A DNA stretch of 64,000 bases from the NCBI RefSeq assembly GCF_036321535.1, contig NC_087437.1, positions 61,878,001 to 61,942,000 on the forward strand. The letters run 5' to 3'. The number at the start of each line of letters is the position of its first letter. Positions within the stretch are counted from its first letter, which is position 1. Positions 27,063-40,879 of this stretch are shown here, one piece after another. The notes beneath the pieces were generated by a model. The model saw nothing but the letters and a program-made list of their open reading frames with translations, was not told where the DNA came from and did not search any database. Made by a program: the position numbers and the translations under genes. This DNA comes from Camelus dromedarius. Taxonomy: Eukaryota.

Positions 27063-28710
27063 CGCACACTATCTAAGACTCGACCAAATGAACTTCTCAG
27101 TTTACCCTAGACCCTCCCAGAATGGAGTCATTGCACTGACTGACCTGCTTCCTGATTGCACAGACTGAAACTAACTAAACATGAATGTACCGATTAGGGC
27201 ACCATAGAACTGCGGCAGACCAAAGTGTTGGAGGAGCACGATGGACCTCTCACCAAGCTGTTCATGTGATGCGAGCAATAGCATCTTCAAACCTTTCACC
27301 TGAAGTATTAGATGATTAATCTTTTATCCAGTTCCTGCTCCGAAAGCTAAGTTTGAATCCCCTGTTTTTGCATGGGGGCAGCAGACAAACACAACAATGA
27401 GAACTCAGTGATTCTGCTTTCTTTATAGTGAAAAGTGAAATCTCTTTCAGAGTTTGTGCTTTCCTTTCTGTCAATAACTGAAGTATTCACTACTCTTACA
27501 ACAAACCAAGAGGAGGAAGAAGATGACCCAGAAGTGGCTTCAGCCATTGTGCCTGAAATCAGTGTTAAAAAAAAAATCAACCAGGTTGTCGTAACAAGGC
27601 ATTCTGTTCCTTCAAAGAGACTGTGTGCCTGTGTCTGAGGAACTTATCCGCTATCCACCTCTGTTGGAACTCTCTTTTAAAAAGTATATTTATAAATTGA
27701 TTAGAGTTATAACCATGGAGAATTTTTTCTTCTGAGCATTTTAATATACTTGAAAACAACATTGACTTGAAAAATTTCAGAACATTTTTCAGTACCAAGT
27801 TTTATTAAATATTACACTTGAGAGACAGTTTTTTAAAATGTGTTCATGTCAATGTGATGAGATTTTGGCCTTTCTCAATAACTGAGGCATTAAAGAACAT
27901 AGCAAACATTAAAAAATAAAACTGTTACTGTTTTCCTTACCTTTTTTCCACTTGTAGATTAATATCCAGTATTATGTGCTATCTCTCTGGATAAGTATGG
28001 TTTATCTTATCTCCGTTCACTCAAAATTTAAAACAACTATTCATATTTGTCAGTAATTCAGAAGTTATATATGTGACTGAGTGCATGTATGGTGTGGTTT
28101 TATTTTCTTTTCAAGGAAATTCAAATGCTGAAGAAAGAGTATGAAATAAAAAGATATCAGGAAAAAAGATACCAGGAAGTTGTATTCAGGTACAAAGTTT
28201 TTTTTTTTTTTTTTTAAATAAGTATTTTATTGAGGTTGAAGAATTGCTGGCAATGAAAAGAATAGTGCTGATAATGGCTTTCATCATTCATTCAAGTATT
28301 TATTGAGCACCTACTCACGGTGCTCAACACTTGTTACTGCAAGCTACCTTAATTTTCCAAGAGTGGTGCCTTACTCTGTTTCTTCTGATGTGGTCTTCCA
28401 ATCAGTGTGTGTAACATAGACCTGTTATTCATTAGCCATTGTAGGTGGCTGTATCTGTTGCATCATCACAAGAAGTTTAAGCTTTGTGCTCTGATAAATT
28501 GTGTTTTATTGAAGGGAGTTGATAGGATCAAAACAGCAAAACAATAATGTTTTTCAACAAATTGTAAATTATAAGAAAATAATTGGTTTATGTACAACCA
28601 TTTTAATGATTCCCTTGTTCATTTTTTGCTGTGAAATGCACTGAAAAATCTCAAAATGACTTATAGTTCATGTGTTGGGAAGATTAAAAATAATAAAACT
28701 AGAGAACAGT
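27063..28710 (+). other. OSBPL11: OSBPL11 3' UTR (~1.65 kb)
   Basis: Repeat-poor, AU-rich sequence from the stop codon to the distal AATAAA. The end is inferred from that signal. Confidence 0.75.
28692..28697 (+). terminator. Probable main polyadenylation signal of OSBPL11
   Basis: AATAAA, with ATTAAA just upstream, a CA about 12 nt downstream and a GU/U-rich element (CTTTGTCTGTTT). Confidence 0.7.
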
Positions 28711-29399
28711 GATGCCTTTGTCTGTTTCATGAATGGAGAGAAATAGGAAGTTTATTCTTAGTGGAGTTATTGCCCTGTTCATTTGAGAAGGACATTGATT
28801 TTAAATCCTTCCCTTCAGGAATCTCTTAGGCAGACAAGGGAGTAAATTTAATAAGAGTTTTTAAAAATTCATCTTTTTAACAGCTTTGTTAATATATAAT
28901 GGAAGCCATTAAAGTACATGCTGTAGCAAAACATAAGAGGAGGGGAAAAAACAGGAATTGGAGAAGATAAGAGATCACAAAAAAACAAAAGATGCAACAG
29001 AAGAAGTCAAAGAGAGACATGGAATATCTAGACAGGTAGTCTCCCAAGAACTAGCTCCCCCAGCAGCTATCTTATCTGTGGACAAACACTGACTTTACGA
29101 AGTTCTTTGAACCAAAATCTGTCTCACTGTAACTGATATCATTGGTTTTGATTCTAATGAAGTTCATGTAAGATGAGAATGTTTTAACTTGTACATAGTC
29201 ATACTAATGTACTTGAATATCGGTTCTCCTAATTTTAATATTCTGGGGTTATTCAGCTATTCTTCATATGATAGTGTTTCATCTTATGATCAGTTTCCTG
29301 AGAATGCACCACCTATCAGTGTTATGTGGACTGCTTTGAAAAAGCCAGAATATTCCAAGTGGAGTCTTGTTTTAGACCCATGGATCTTTTCATCTTTTT

Positions 29400-30035
29400 A
29401 ACAGCTTTGTTAATGTATAATGGACTTAAAGTATACAATTTGATAAGTTTTGACATGTTTCCATCCATGAAACATCATCACAATCATGATAATGAAAATA
29501 TTTATTATTCCCAAAAGTTTACTCTTACCCTTTTGTAATCTCTCCTTGCCACCTCCCTCCTCTTTCCACCTCTTTCCTATTTCCAGGGAACCACTTTCCA
29601 GGCGTCCTCTTATAAGGACATTTGGCATTGGATTTAAGTCCCACCAGAATAATCCAGGATGATGTTCTCATGTTCTCATCTCAAAATCCTTAATTACATC
29701 TGCAAATACCCTTTTTTTCTAAGTAAAGTAGCATTCACAGTTTCCAGGAATTGGGGTGTGGAAATATATTTTTGGAGGTCACCATTCAATCCACTATATC
29801 ACTGATCTGCTTTGTGTCACATAAATTAGTTTGAGGTTTCTAGAATTTTATATAAATAGAATCACACAGTATGTCTTTTAGGAGGGGGTCTGGCTTATTC
29901 TATTAGCATAACTATTTTGCTGTTTTATACATGTTGATTTTGTGTATCAATAGTTTATTCTTTTTTATTGCTGAATAGTAATTCTTGTTTGGAATATACC
30001 AGTTTGTTCATTCATTCACTGGTTGATGGATATCT
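29400..30035 (-). mobile_element. L1 3'-end relic with an MLT1-like LTR fragment inserted at ~29600-29800
   Basis: L1 3' UTR motifs surround CTTATAAGGACA...GGATTTAAGTCCCACC...ATAATCCAGGATGAT...TAATTACATCTGCAAA, which is MLT1-like. Confidence 0.65.
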
Positions 30036-32260
30036 GTGGCTGTGTCCCCAGCACCTCATCCCTCCTCAAGTGGAAGAGAAAAAGCTCTTCCTCTACCCCT
30101 CCAGGTAAGGAAATGGCTGTTCCCATGAGGGAGCTCACCTGGCCTTCAGAAGAAGCTGAGTCAGACCCTCTGCCCCTCAATCAGAGTTTGGGGCTAGAGC
30201 TCTGTAGCAACCACTTTGTACTACTAACTGGTTAGTAGTGACTCTGGGCAAATTTAAGTGCCTCTCTGGGCTTCCCTGTCCTCATCAGAAAAATGACGGG
30301 GTTGGATTAGAGGATCTCTGAGATAAAACCTTACCTATGATCTCCTGTTTGGGTTATTTACAGAGGAAAAAACAAAAACAAAACCCTCCTCTCCCATTCC
30401 CCTCAGGGCTGAAATCGTGGTTTCTGGGGTTAGTCAGCTGACTCAGATCACTGCAGTGTCAGCGCTTTTCCTGACCTAACAGAGGTGAGGGGTGAGGATC
30501 TGGTGGAAGCAGAGCTCTGACTGATGAGGGCCTGGCTGTGGAGAGGGACACAGGGACTCCTGCTGCTGGCCTCTTTTCTGGGCTGCCTCTCAATCTCAAG
30601 GAAATGATTCTCAGGCGCCAAGCTGAGGTCCTCACAGGACCAAGCCCATGGGAAAGGGGCTAGGGGAGGAGGGCCCATTTTGGGATTGGGAAGGAGATTC
30701 AAGAGGAGGCGGTCCTGGCCACCATTCCACTGTAATCATTTTCACCTACCACTTCCTTGTGGTTTTAGGGAGAATTCAGGTATGAGGAGATGCCCGCAGA
30801 GGCTGGAGGAGGAAAGGCTTTCTTTTGGTCTGACTGGTACAGTGAGAGCTGGGATGGGCAGGAGGCCTGCCTGACTTTAATAAGTAAATGCGTGGTTTGT
30901 TATGATTTGTTTGCCTGTTTTGTCTTGTATGCTTTGCTCCTCCCCCTACTCATTCACTAATTCAGCAGACATACATGCTGAGTGCTGGGGACACAGAGGC
31001 GTAAGGCACTGCCTCGCTCTTACTGAGTTCAGCCTAGATGCGGAGGCAGACACGTGGCATTAGTGAACAAGATGAGACGTGCCAGAACAGAAAAAAGCCA
31101 GCCTCCAATGAAGGGGGTTAACGAGTGCAGGGGAAGGAGGTCATGGAAAACCCTAAGTCGGGAAAACAAGCAGTCTAAACACAATGCAAAGTACACTCAG
31201 TATAAATTTACTTACTTAAAATTATTTCAAGCCCTTTATTCTATAGATGTTAATAAAAAGTAAAATAGTTAAAGGAGAAAACAATTTAAAAAGTTGTCAG
31301 TCACAACAGCTCACATCTGTTACCTGCTTCTTGCTCACTTTTCTGGATGTGTATTGGACAGGATGCTTCCTGGGCAGAGGGAAGATCCCAGATGCTTCTC
31401 TCGCCCTCCTGCATCCTGCCCTCATTTGATATCTGCTCCTGAGTGTCAGCATTCACAGCTGTGCCCCTACCCTTGCCTGCTGCCCTGGGAACCGCTGCTA
31501 CCTGACGGGTGGTTGGTGGGTTGGCTGAAGGAGAATAGGAGCCCCATTTTAAGGGCCCTGCCTCTGGTAAGTGACAGCAAAGCCTTCCTCTCTGGCAGTC
31601 AGCACAGCATGGGGCACATGGTAGCAGAAGTTTCAAGTAGAAGAGTCCATCTAAGACATAAATGTTTTTAACTGATTCATGGTAATTTAAATTTTCTGAC
31701 AAATGCAGCCTTCCTCTCCCTCCTCCACTTTACACTGTCTATAACAGCCATTTTAAATAGTCAAAGGCACAGCTAGGTTGAAAGTGACAAAATGGGAAAA
31801 GATCTACCACGCAGACAATATGCGTTTTACAGCTGTGTGGTCATATTGTGACAGTCATTTCTGTGTCTGCGTGTGTTACCATACCTGATTAAAACAAATC
31901 CTGAGTGCCCTTAAAAACAGTGAGTATTTGTATGTATTCAGAGCTCTTCTACTACTAATTTCATTCAGTATAAAAAAACATAATTGGGGGTGGGGAAACA
32001 TAGTAATAACGGATGAAATTTTGTTCTGGCAGAAACACAATAACCTGGCTGGTTTCCCCCAATGGGTTCCATTTTATCCTTTTCAGAGCAGAATCTCTAG
32101 ATATTTGTTTGGGGAATGGGGAAGAGGAGTAAGGATGACCTCTGTCTGTGAACTAAAAAAAGAATCCCCCCAAACAAAACACTCAAATGGACTTAATATG
32201 ATTTTGGGGAAGAAAGTGAGACAAAACCACCACACCAACACCCCCCAAACATGTCTAAAT

Positions 32261-32300
32261 CACACACACACACACATACAAACACACACACACACACAAA
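32261..32300 (+). repeat. (CA)n microsatellite upstream of the SNX4 promoter
   Basis: Interrupted CA run. Confidence 0.9.
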
Positions 32301-32769
32301 CATGTCATAAATCCTTAATAACTTTCAGGCAGCCCTAGTTTTCAAACAAAGATCAAAAATGTGGTCAAAGATGTGGTCTGACAGCTAATGAATACCGAAG
32401 AAAACCCCTCCCTTTTCAGAGAGTCAGTGGCCAGGTTTTAAAGTACCCTTACAGGTGAGCTGTTACCCACATATACAATATTAGTTGAGAGGTTCCACAA
32501 GACTACTTGTCCCCAAATCCCCTGGTCAGTGACCTGCCACAGCGCTTCCTTCCAACCTATCTGGTTTGAGTTTCCTTGTTGTAAACAACCACTTGCTTTA
32601 GAAGACCTCTATCAAATTGTATTTAAGTCATCTGGGAGGGGAGAAATATATCTATCCTGTGGTAGTTTTCTTAATTTTTGGCCGCTGAAGATTCCACTAG
32701 CTGGCTTGCTATAGGACTCTGGGGGAGTTTCTCAAGCCATAAGGGTTCGGGGCATGTTCTGCTGATTCT

Positions 32770-33500
32770 GGCCCTCGGGGTCTCGGCAGCTGGGCGGCCG
32801 CGGGCCGAGGGGGCGGGGCCTGGCCCGGCGCCGGCGGGTTGTGGGGCGGGGCGGGGTTGGGACGAGCCTGGCCGGGCGCGGCGGCGCAGGCGCACTGTGT
32901 CCGCCGCGCCAAACTGCAGCCATGGAGCAGGCACCCCCGGACCCCGAGCGGCTTTTGCAGCCTGCGCCCCTAGAGCCGCTGGGTAACCCCGACGCTGGGC
33001 TGGAGTCCGTGGTCGTTGAAGAAGCGGATAGGCCCCGGGACGAGGGCCCTGGGGACGGCACGGTGAGGAGAAGGGGCGGCAGGGGCCGCCCGGCCTGTGT
33101 CCGGGCCTGGAGGGCCAGGCTGGGCTGGTCTGGGCTGGCGGGTCGGGTGGGCTCGGCCGAGAGGCCCCGCGGTGAGCCGGAAGCGGGGTGGAAAGGCTGG
33201 GCCGTAGGTGTAGAGGGGGGAGGCTCTGTGGAAAAGGGGGTCGTGAGTTGGGGGTGAGCGCCGGGCGCTGCGGGACCACGGGAAGGTTGGAGAGGCCGGC
33301 GGAGAAGGGCGCTGAGGGTTTCTGTGGGAGCGGCTCCGGGGGCATGGAGGCCGGGGCCGGGGGCTCCAGGCTGGAGCAGGTGCGGTTTTCAGAGGAGGGG
33401 GAACTCCGAGGTGTGGACCTGAAGAGGGACGCTGATGTTTCTGGCCGTCTGGTAAGGGGTTGTGCAGAGAAGGCTGAACCGGGGTACCGTGGGCGGTGGC
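32770..33500 (+). promoter_or_regulatory. SNX4: SNX4 CpG island and TATA-less promoter with GC boxes and an NRF1-like site
   Basis: The only CpG-dense segment in the window. GGGGCGGGGC at 32810-32819 and 32843-32852; GCGCAGGCGCA at 32884-32894. Confidence 0.88.
32922..33062 (+). CDS. SNX4: SNX4 exon 1 coding part (47 codons)
   Basis: Strong Kozak gccATGG. Translation MEQAPPDPERLLQPAPLEPLG... matches the sorting nexin-4 N-terminus. Donor ACG|gtgagg. Confidence 0.95.
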
Positions 33501-36500
33501 CTTGGTGTTTGAGGAGGAGGAGAATGGGGGACTTGAGAAACAAATCTGGGGGCAGTAAGGGTGGTTGGCTTGGTGCCACTGTCAGGAGATGGATTAGATT
33601 GAGAAGAGGTGCAATTAAAAAAAGGTTTTTTAGAACTCCTTATTTGTAATTTCTTCTGTTGGGGTCAGTGCTGTATTTCCCAACGAGGACTTGCCATAGA
33701 TATCCCGAGTATCTGCTTTGCGAAGCTCCTTAGGTGATTAGTGATTTTCATTTGCTTGAGGAAAGGGGAAAATGCATCATTTTATATTTGTAATGGCTTT
33801 CATTCCAAAGTGTTTCCACGCGTAATGCAAGATGGGTAGACCAGGTTAAATTGAAGCGATTCAGAAACTCCGTCCAGGACTTCGCCTCAGACCCCTCTTA
33901 TCAGAGTGTGCTTTGCCTATCCATTTTGCTTCTTTTTTCTGAAACAGATGTTAGTGCTAATACAAAACTGCCCATCCTTATGATAGATGGATAAAGAAAA
34001 GTTAAAGTTGTTTGCTGACTGTTAACTAGAAAGACTCTTAACTCGCTGGGAACCTTAACACAGGAGTTGAAGTTTTTGCCTACTGGGGGAAATGTCAAAG
34101 TATATAGACAGCATGAAGACTTTTATGGGTGAATTTTAAGTTTTTCATTTAATTTTTTCCTAAATTCTAGAATTATTTGTGGAGAGGTCAGTATCTCATA
34201 TGAAATTTGAGGAAAGTGTGTATTCTGCAGTGCATAAACTTTGTTCTTATATGATTTGCTTTTTTTATGCAGGTTCTCATCTGTGACTTAGTTTTTCTGA
34301 TCTCTTAAAAAAAAAGCTTTTATTGTGAAGTATATCATGAATGCAGAGAAGGTTCTCACAAAATAATTATCAGTTCCTTTGATGCCCCAATATATTATCC
34401 TGGGTTACATCCACTCCCTCCACCACAGAGGTGATCTATATTCTGAATTTTCTATTAGCAATTCCCTAGCTTTTCTTTATAATCTTACCGTATGTGTCCC
34501 TAAACAATGTATTGTTTAGTTTTACTTGATTTTGAAATTTACCTAAGTGGACTCATTTTACTATGATTTCTTTTCTTTGCTCTATGTTATGTTTTTGGGA
34601 TTCATCCAAAATGTAGCTTAGTTCATTTATACTCGTGGCTGTATTTATGTCATTTTATAGATATTCTATAATTGATTTCTCTTTCTGTTTACAGACATTG
34701 GGGTTGTTTGAAGATTCTTGCTATTTCTAAAAGATTACTACTAGTATGAACTTCTTCCTGCTTATCTCATGGTGCACATGTCTAATACAAACTTAACAGT
34801 GAAATTGCTGGATTATAGGGTAGTAGCATGTTCAACCCTAGTAGGTAGTGCCAAGTTGTTTTCTGAAATGAATATACCAATTTATACTCCCACTAGTAGT
34901 GCCTAATGCTCTCTGTCCTTATCAACACTTAATATTTTTAGACTTTAAATTATTTGCCAATTTTGTGGATATGTGTTAAAGCAATTTTAGATTGTTTCAA
35001 AAGGTAAGAATCATATCTTTTGTTAGCTATATCATGAATTTAATTTTGGTTATGATGATAAACATTTTGGTAATTTTTTTTGTGAATTCCTTTGGATACT
35101 TAACTAATATGAAGTTGCAACTATAGTATACAATCCAGTTATGTTAATGCAAAAGTGACTATAAATATCTCATTAAAAAAAACCCTATTTGTGTTTAGTT
35201 TAAGATATTTGAAAACCCAAAGATGCCATCATACAGTAAAAGTTGTAGTCATATAGTATTACCTGACTTTTTAGTAAATATGTGTCACAGGAGACCATTT
35301 GTTACTGACTGAACTTAGAGGTGTCCTCAAACAACTCCCTTATTTAGTAATCCATAGAGACACAAGCCATTTGGACAAATATTTCAGAATCACCAGGAGT
35401 TTAAATGCACATACATTCACGTATACTCTGAACATTGTCCCCTCCTCAGAGGATCTACTCCCTCTTTCTGTCCCCTCTTCCACTCTAGTCCATCCTCAGT
35501 TGAGAAGTACTGCTGTAACCATAGACATTGCTGCTGTTACTGATAGGAATGTGGTCTGGGCAGAAATGCAAGTTAGATTTGTTGTTTGTGCTAAGCACAG
35601 TAAGGCTCTACTTTTCATTTAATTTTCAAAATTATCCCCCCAAAACATAAAGGTGAGGAAGCAGAGGCTCAGAGTGAAAATGATTTAGCCAAAGTCACAG
35701 ACTAGTCAGTAGCATGGCTGGAACTTGAGCCCAGTCTGCCTGGGCTCTGACATCAGTGCTCTGTCTGTTAAACCATGCAGCTTCATTCCAAAAGTAGTTA
35801 AAAATAGTCTTGTGAATTGTAAAATACTATATTCTAAATTTTTTAGGTAAGATTAAGTTGTAATTCTAAGAAGAAAAAAGGTCTAAACAATGTGTTGATT
35901 TATCAGGCAGTTTTTCATCACAAAGATATCTATGCAGTTAGTGTGCAGAGATGGCAGAAAGCCTCCTCAGCCTTATTTTTGACTACAGATTTTGGACAAG
36001 GAGTGGATTGTACCAATTGCCCTACACCTACGGGTACTGGAAACAAGCACTGCCTAAGGGTTGCAGATCTTTCCCTGTTTTAAACATCACTAGTTAAAGT
36101 TCTTTAAATTCTACTGTAAACTCTTACTCTGTATTCTTTTGTTTTCCTTTCTGTGAGTTTTCATCCTCTTCTTTTCCATTGTCTAATTAGAAATCTCCTT
36201 TTTGTACTTTTTCCTTATAAGGAAGATGCATTCTTTTTTTTTTTTCCTTTTTTTAAGTATTGTCAGTTCTATTTAAAGTAGTTTAGAATATGAAAAATGA
36301 GAGAGAAATCCAGTCTCTAAGAAAGTAGTAATTAGTCCTGGCAGAAGAGAGAGGAAATTGCAAGGGAATGGAGGCAAGAAAACTTTTTTAGGCTGGAAGA
36401 TTCCACTGAGTTGGCAGTGAGCAGTATTTGCTCAGAGAAGAACCATTGCCTGAGGGATTCATGGTGGTTTTTTTTAGGGAGGGTGCTCTAGGCCTGCGAG

Positions 36501-38939
36501 TGCGGGTCCAGGCTAAGAGTGCTTGAGCATGTGATGTTTGAAAATGCCTATACACAGTTAGCACCTTCACAGATTGGCAACTGAGAGCTGAGTGGAGGAG
36601 GCCAGAGCTGTGACGAGGGTTTGAGGTGTTTGTGGCTGAAGGTAACATAAAAAAAGAAAAGAAAATGTATAGGCATTTACAGGATTTATCAGTTTAGTAG
36701 CAGATGATTAAATTATACAGAGCAGTGTTTGCCTCATTGTCTATCTCACCAAACTCAGATTTTTTTTTTTGGAGGCGCCTCACAGTACAAAATACAGTTT
36801 TACATCTTAGTCAACGTACGTATACTTGTATTCATAAGCATTGTTTCAGGAAGCAATACTTAACCATTACTTCTTGCAATGAATGCCCTCTGATATTTCT
36901 CTGTTCTTTTTCTTTAGAAAGAAATGTTGGTCACAATCCACCAAATTAATTTCATGAACCAAGAATGTGTTGTGACTCAGTTTGGAAAGCTATTCAAACT
37001 TGCAAGTTGTTTTATTTTACATAAAAGTTAGTGTTTTCTGAATAGCTGTGCTATTTTTAAATATATTTTTTGTAAATAAAAAGCACAAGAAAATATGTTA
37101 TGTATTATAACCCGATTTTTCTAGTTATCTGAGAAGTAGAGCTGAAGTAAAACTTCACTATTAGGCTTAAGTAAACACATCATTATCATTATTTTTTACC
37201 TAATACCAGCTACCTTGTCTATTGTAGACATACCCCTGAGGAAAGTAAATTCAGTGGATAATTCTGAAACTTCAGATCTCTTACCTATTTCAGTAACACA
37301 GAAGCATCGCAGCTGGAAAAAAAGATTATGAGGATGTATTCCAGTGTATCAGCAATGGTTAGGGCTGGGCTGTGGGCTATCAGTTATTTGTATTTATTTT
37401 ATTTTTTCCTATACTTTTCAATTTTTTTATATTAAGCATGTGTTAATTTTCATAGTTAAAAAACTTAAACCTACAAATGATAGGTGATAGGTAATACTTG
37501 AGGTCTTGCTATGTGCTGGTGACTTTGAAACTCTTTAAATGCTTCCAGAAACATTATGCATTAGATATTCGTATCCCCATTTTACAGATGAGGAAACTGA
37601 GGCAGAGAGGTTAAGTAATTTGCCCAGAGTTACACAGCTAATCTATGCTAGAGATGGGATTCAAGCTGGCAACTAATCTGAGGGAGAATTGATCCTTTCT
37701 GATTACAAACTTTGATTTTTTTCTTGATTACCAATTATTTTATATTTTCTTGATCACCTTCATGGCTTGATGTTACACTATTTTCTTTTTTTTTCTTTCC
37801 TTTTTTTTTCATTGAAGTATAGTTGATTTACAATGTTAATTTCTGATGTACAGCATAGTGATTCAGTTGTGTGTATGTGTGTCTATATATATCTACATAT
37901 ATATTCCTTTTGGTATTCTTTTTCATTATAGGCTATTACACGGTATTGAATATAATTCCCTGTGCTACACTGGTTTCTTTTGATATCAGTTTACCTTATT
38001 TGTGTTTGTCCATTTTATAATTTTAATGCCTTGCGTTGTAAGTCTTTATTTCCCATGGGGAATTTAAGACATTTGCATTTATTGTCTTAACTGGCTTTAT
38101 TTTTAGCTAATTTTATTCTATCATATTTTATACTTTCTTACTTTGGTTTCTGTTTGGGAATTTTCCTTCGTGGATTATAATTTCTTTGGTTTTACGCTCT
38201 GTAATGATCTGGAAGGCGTGTGTCTTTGTTTTTTTTCTTCCCCAAAACATAACTGAGACAAACATTATTTATGTAAATGATATGGCCATTAAGATTTTTT
38301 TTTAAATAATGTCATTTATAGAAATGATACCAAGTTTATAAACAAGTGCAGTACAAAGAATTGTTTCCCCCTGAACTATTTGAGTATAAACTGTGATCAG
38401 GATATTCCCCCATTTCATCACCAAAACTTTTATTTCAAAGGGCAAACAAGGACATCCTCCTTTATAACCACAGTGCTGGCACCAAAATCACTAAAATAAC
38501 ATTGATAAATTACTGCTATCTAATCCTCAGAATTCATGTAAGTTTTGCCGGTTGTACCAACAGCATTCTTCAGTGCCTAATGTTTCAGTCCAGACTCATG
38601 TATTATGTTTATTTATTTTGCATCTTTAGTCTCCTCTGAGCTGTAAGAGTTTCTCAGTCTTTGCTTTCATGACTTTGACCCTCTTGAAGATTAACAACCA
38701 GTTATTTTTTAGAATGTCCTTCAGTTTGGGTTTGCCTGATGTTTTTTCATGATTAAATTCAGGTTCTGCTTCTTTTGCAGAAATTGCCACTAAAGTGATG
38801 CTGCGTTCTTCTAATTGCTTTTTACCAGTTTGCACATGATTTGGGTTTGCCCCAATACTTTGGTCACTTTTTCTGCTAGTCTTCTCCAGTATAAAATTAC
38901 ACTTTTTCCCTTTTTAATTAATTTTTTGTGGAGGCATAC

Positions 38940-40850
38940 TTTTTTTCTTCCAGTTTTATTGAGATACAATTGGCATACATTACTGTATATGTTTAAGGCA
39001 TACAGCATAGTGATTTGACTTACATACACCATAAAATGATTACCACAATAAGTTTAGTAAACATCCATCATCTCATAGATACAAAATTAAATAGAAAAAA
39101 AATTTTTTCCTTATGATGAAAACTTTCAGGACTTACTCTTTTAACAGTTCTTATATATAACATACAGCAGTGTTTGTATTTTACATCTCTGATACTTAAC
39201 ATCTGGAAGTTTGTGCCTTTGACTGCTTTCATCCATCTTTCCCCCTCCCCCCCAACCACAACTCTGATCTTTTTTTAGGGAAACATACTTTGAAACTATG
39301 AAAATGCCTTGTTCCTCATCAAAATTTGTATTTATTTGTCTATTTCATTATGGACTCATGGATTTTATTTTTAACAACTTTATTAAGCTGTAAGTTATAT
39401 ACCATAAAAATCACTCATTGTAAGTATATAATTTAGTAATTTTTAGTAAATTTGCAGAGTTGCACAGTCATCACCATAACCCAGTTTTAGAACATTTCTA
39501 TCATCCCCCCAAATTCTTTTGTTCCCCTTTGTAGTTAATCCCCCTTCTCACCATTAACCCTAGGCAGCCACTGTCTGCTTTCTGTATAAATTTGTCTTTT
39601 TGGGTATTTCACATAAATGGAATCATATAACCTGTTGTCTTTAGAGTCTGCCTTAGAATGTTTTTTGAAGTTCATCCATTTTATAGCATATATTAGTCAT
39701 TTTTTCATTACTGAATAATATTTGATTGCGTGGATATATCACATTTTATTTATCATTTGATGGAAGTTGGGATTATTTTCAGTTTTTAGCTATTATGAAT
39801 ATTACTAGTATGATGAATATTCATTCACATGCCAGTCTTTGTGTAGATACATGTTTACTTAGATTTGCAGGAGTTATATGGTAAATTTATGTTTAACTTT
39901 TTAAGAAACTGCCAGTTTTCCAAAGTGGCTGTACCATTTAACATTACTGCCAGCAATGTATGAGGCCCACATTTTGCCACATCCTTGTCAGCACTTGGCA
40001 TTGTCTGTCTGATTATAGCCATTCTTGTGGGTGTGAAGTGGTTTTAATTTGCATTTTTCTCATGACTGAAGGTGTTGAGCATCTTTTCATGTGCTTATTG
40101 CCATTTGTATATGTTCTTTGGTGGAATGTCTATTCAGATTTTTTGCTTATTTTTAAAATTGGCTGGTTTCTCTTGTTGCTGAGTTGTACATGTTGTTTAG
40201 GTATTCTGGATACAAGTTTTTTTTAAATCAGATAATAAGATTTACAGATATTTTTCCCCCAGGCTGTGGCTTTTTTCTTTTTCTTGGTGGTGTCTTTAGA
40301 AGACCAAAAGTTTTTAATTTTGATGAAGTCTAGTATATCAGTTATTTTCTTTGATGGATTGTGCTTTTGGTATTGTATCTAAGCACTCTTTGCTTATCCC
40401 AAGACCATGAGAAATTTCCACTTTAGCTCTTATATCTGTGTGTGTAAGCCACTTTGAGTTAATTTCTGTGTTTGGCGTGAGAAAACGGTCTACTTTTGGA
40501 GGGGGGGGCTGTGGGTATTCAGTAGTCTCAGTACCATATGTTGAAAAGACTTTCCATTCCATATTGACTTGGTTTGGTGTGTTTATTACAAACAGTTGAC
40601 CTTAAATGTAAGGGTTTATTTCTGGATTCTCAGTTCTATTTCATTGATCTCTATGTCATGTCCTTCTGCTATTACCTCACTGTCTTGATTACTTTAGCTT
40701 TTTAATAAGTTTTGAAACTCCAGATAGTGTAGGTCCTGCAACTTGTTAATTTTTCAAAATTGTTTCGACTATTCTAGGTCCTTTATATTTCCATGTAAAT
40801 TTTAGGAACAATTCACCAGTTTCTCAAAAAAGTCCTGCTGGGATTAAGTA
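38940..40850 (-). mobile_element. Cluster of antisense L1 3' fragments (L1MA/L1MB-like)
   Basis: CAGTTTTATTGAGATACAATTG, AAATGGAATCATA, TTCCAAAGTGGCTGTACCATTT and GTTGAGCATCTTTTCATGTGCTTATTG. Confidence 0.85.
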
Positions 40851-40879
40851 TTTTTAAAGGAACAATGTGTTAGTATGTT

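Noticed and set aside
27347..27798. Short ORFs in the OSBPL11 3' UTR, one with EEEEDD
   Set aside because: They lie downstream of the true stop, with no recognisable homology and no supporting splice structure.
30000..31700. Cluster of 60-130-aa ORFs in the OSBPL11-SNX4 intergenic region
   Set aside because: Moderately GC-rich DNA with MIR/L2 remnants, with no domain similarity or coherent exon chain.
32671..33649. Several long overlapping ORFs on both strands (up to 302 aa) over the SNX4 promoter
   Set aside because: They are Pro/Arg/Gly/Ala-rich by-products of stop-codon scarcity in a CpG island. Only 32922-33062 has a Kozak ATG, a donor site and homology to SNX4.
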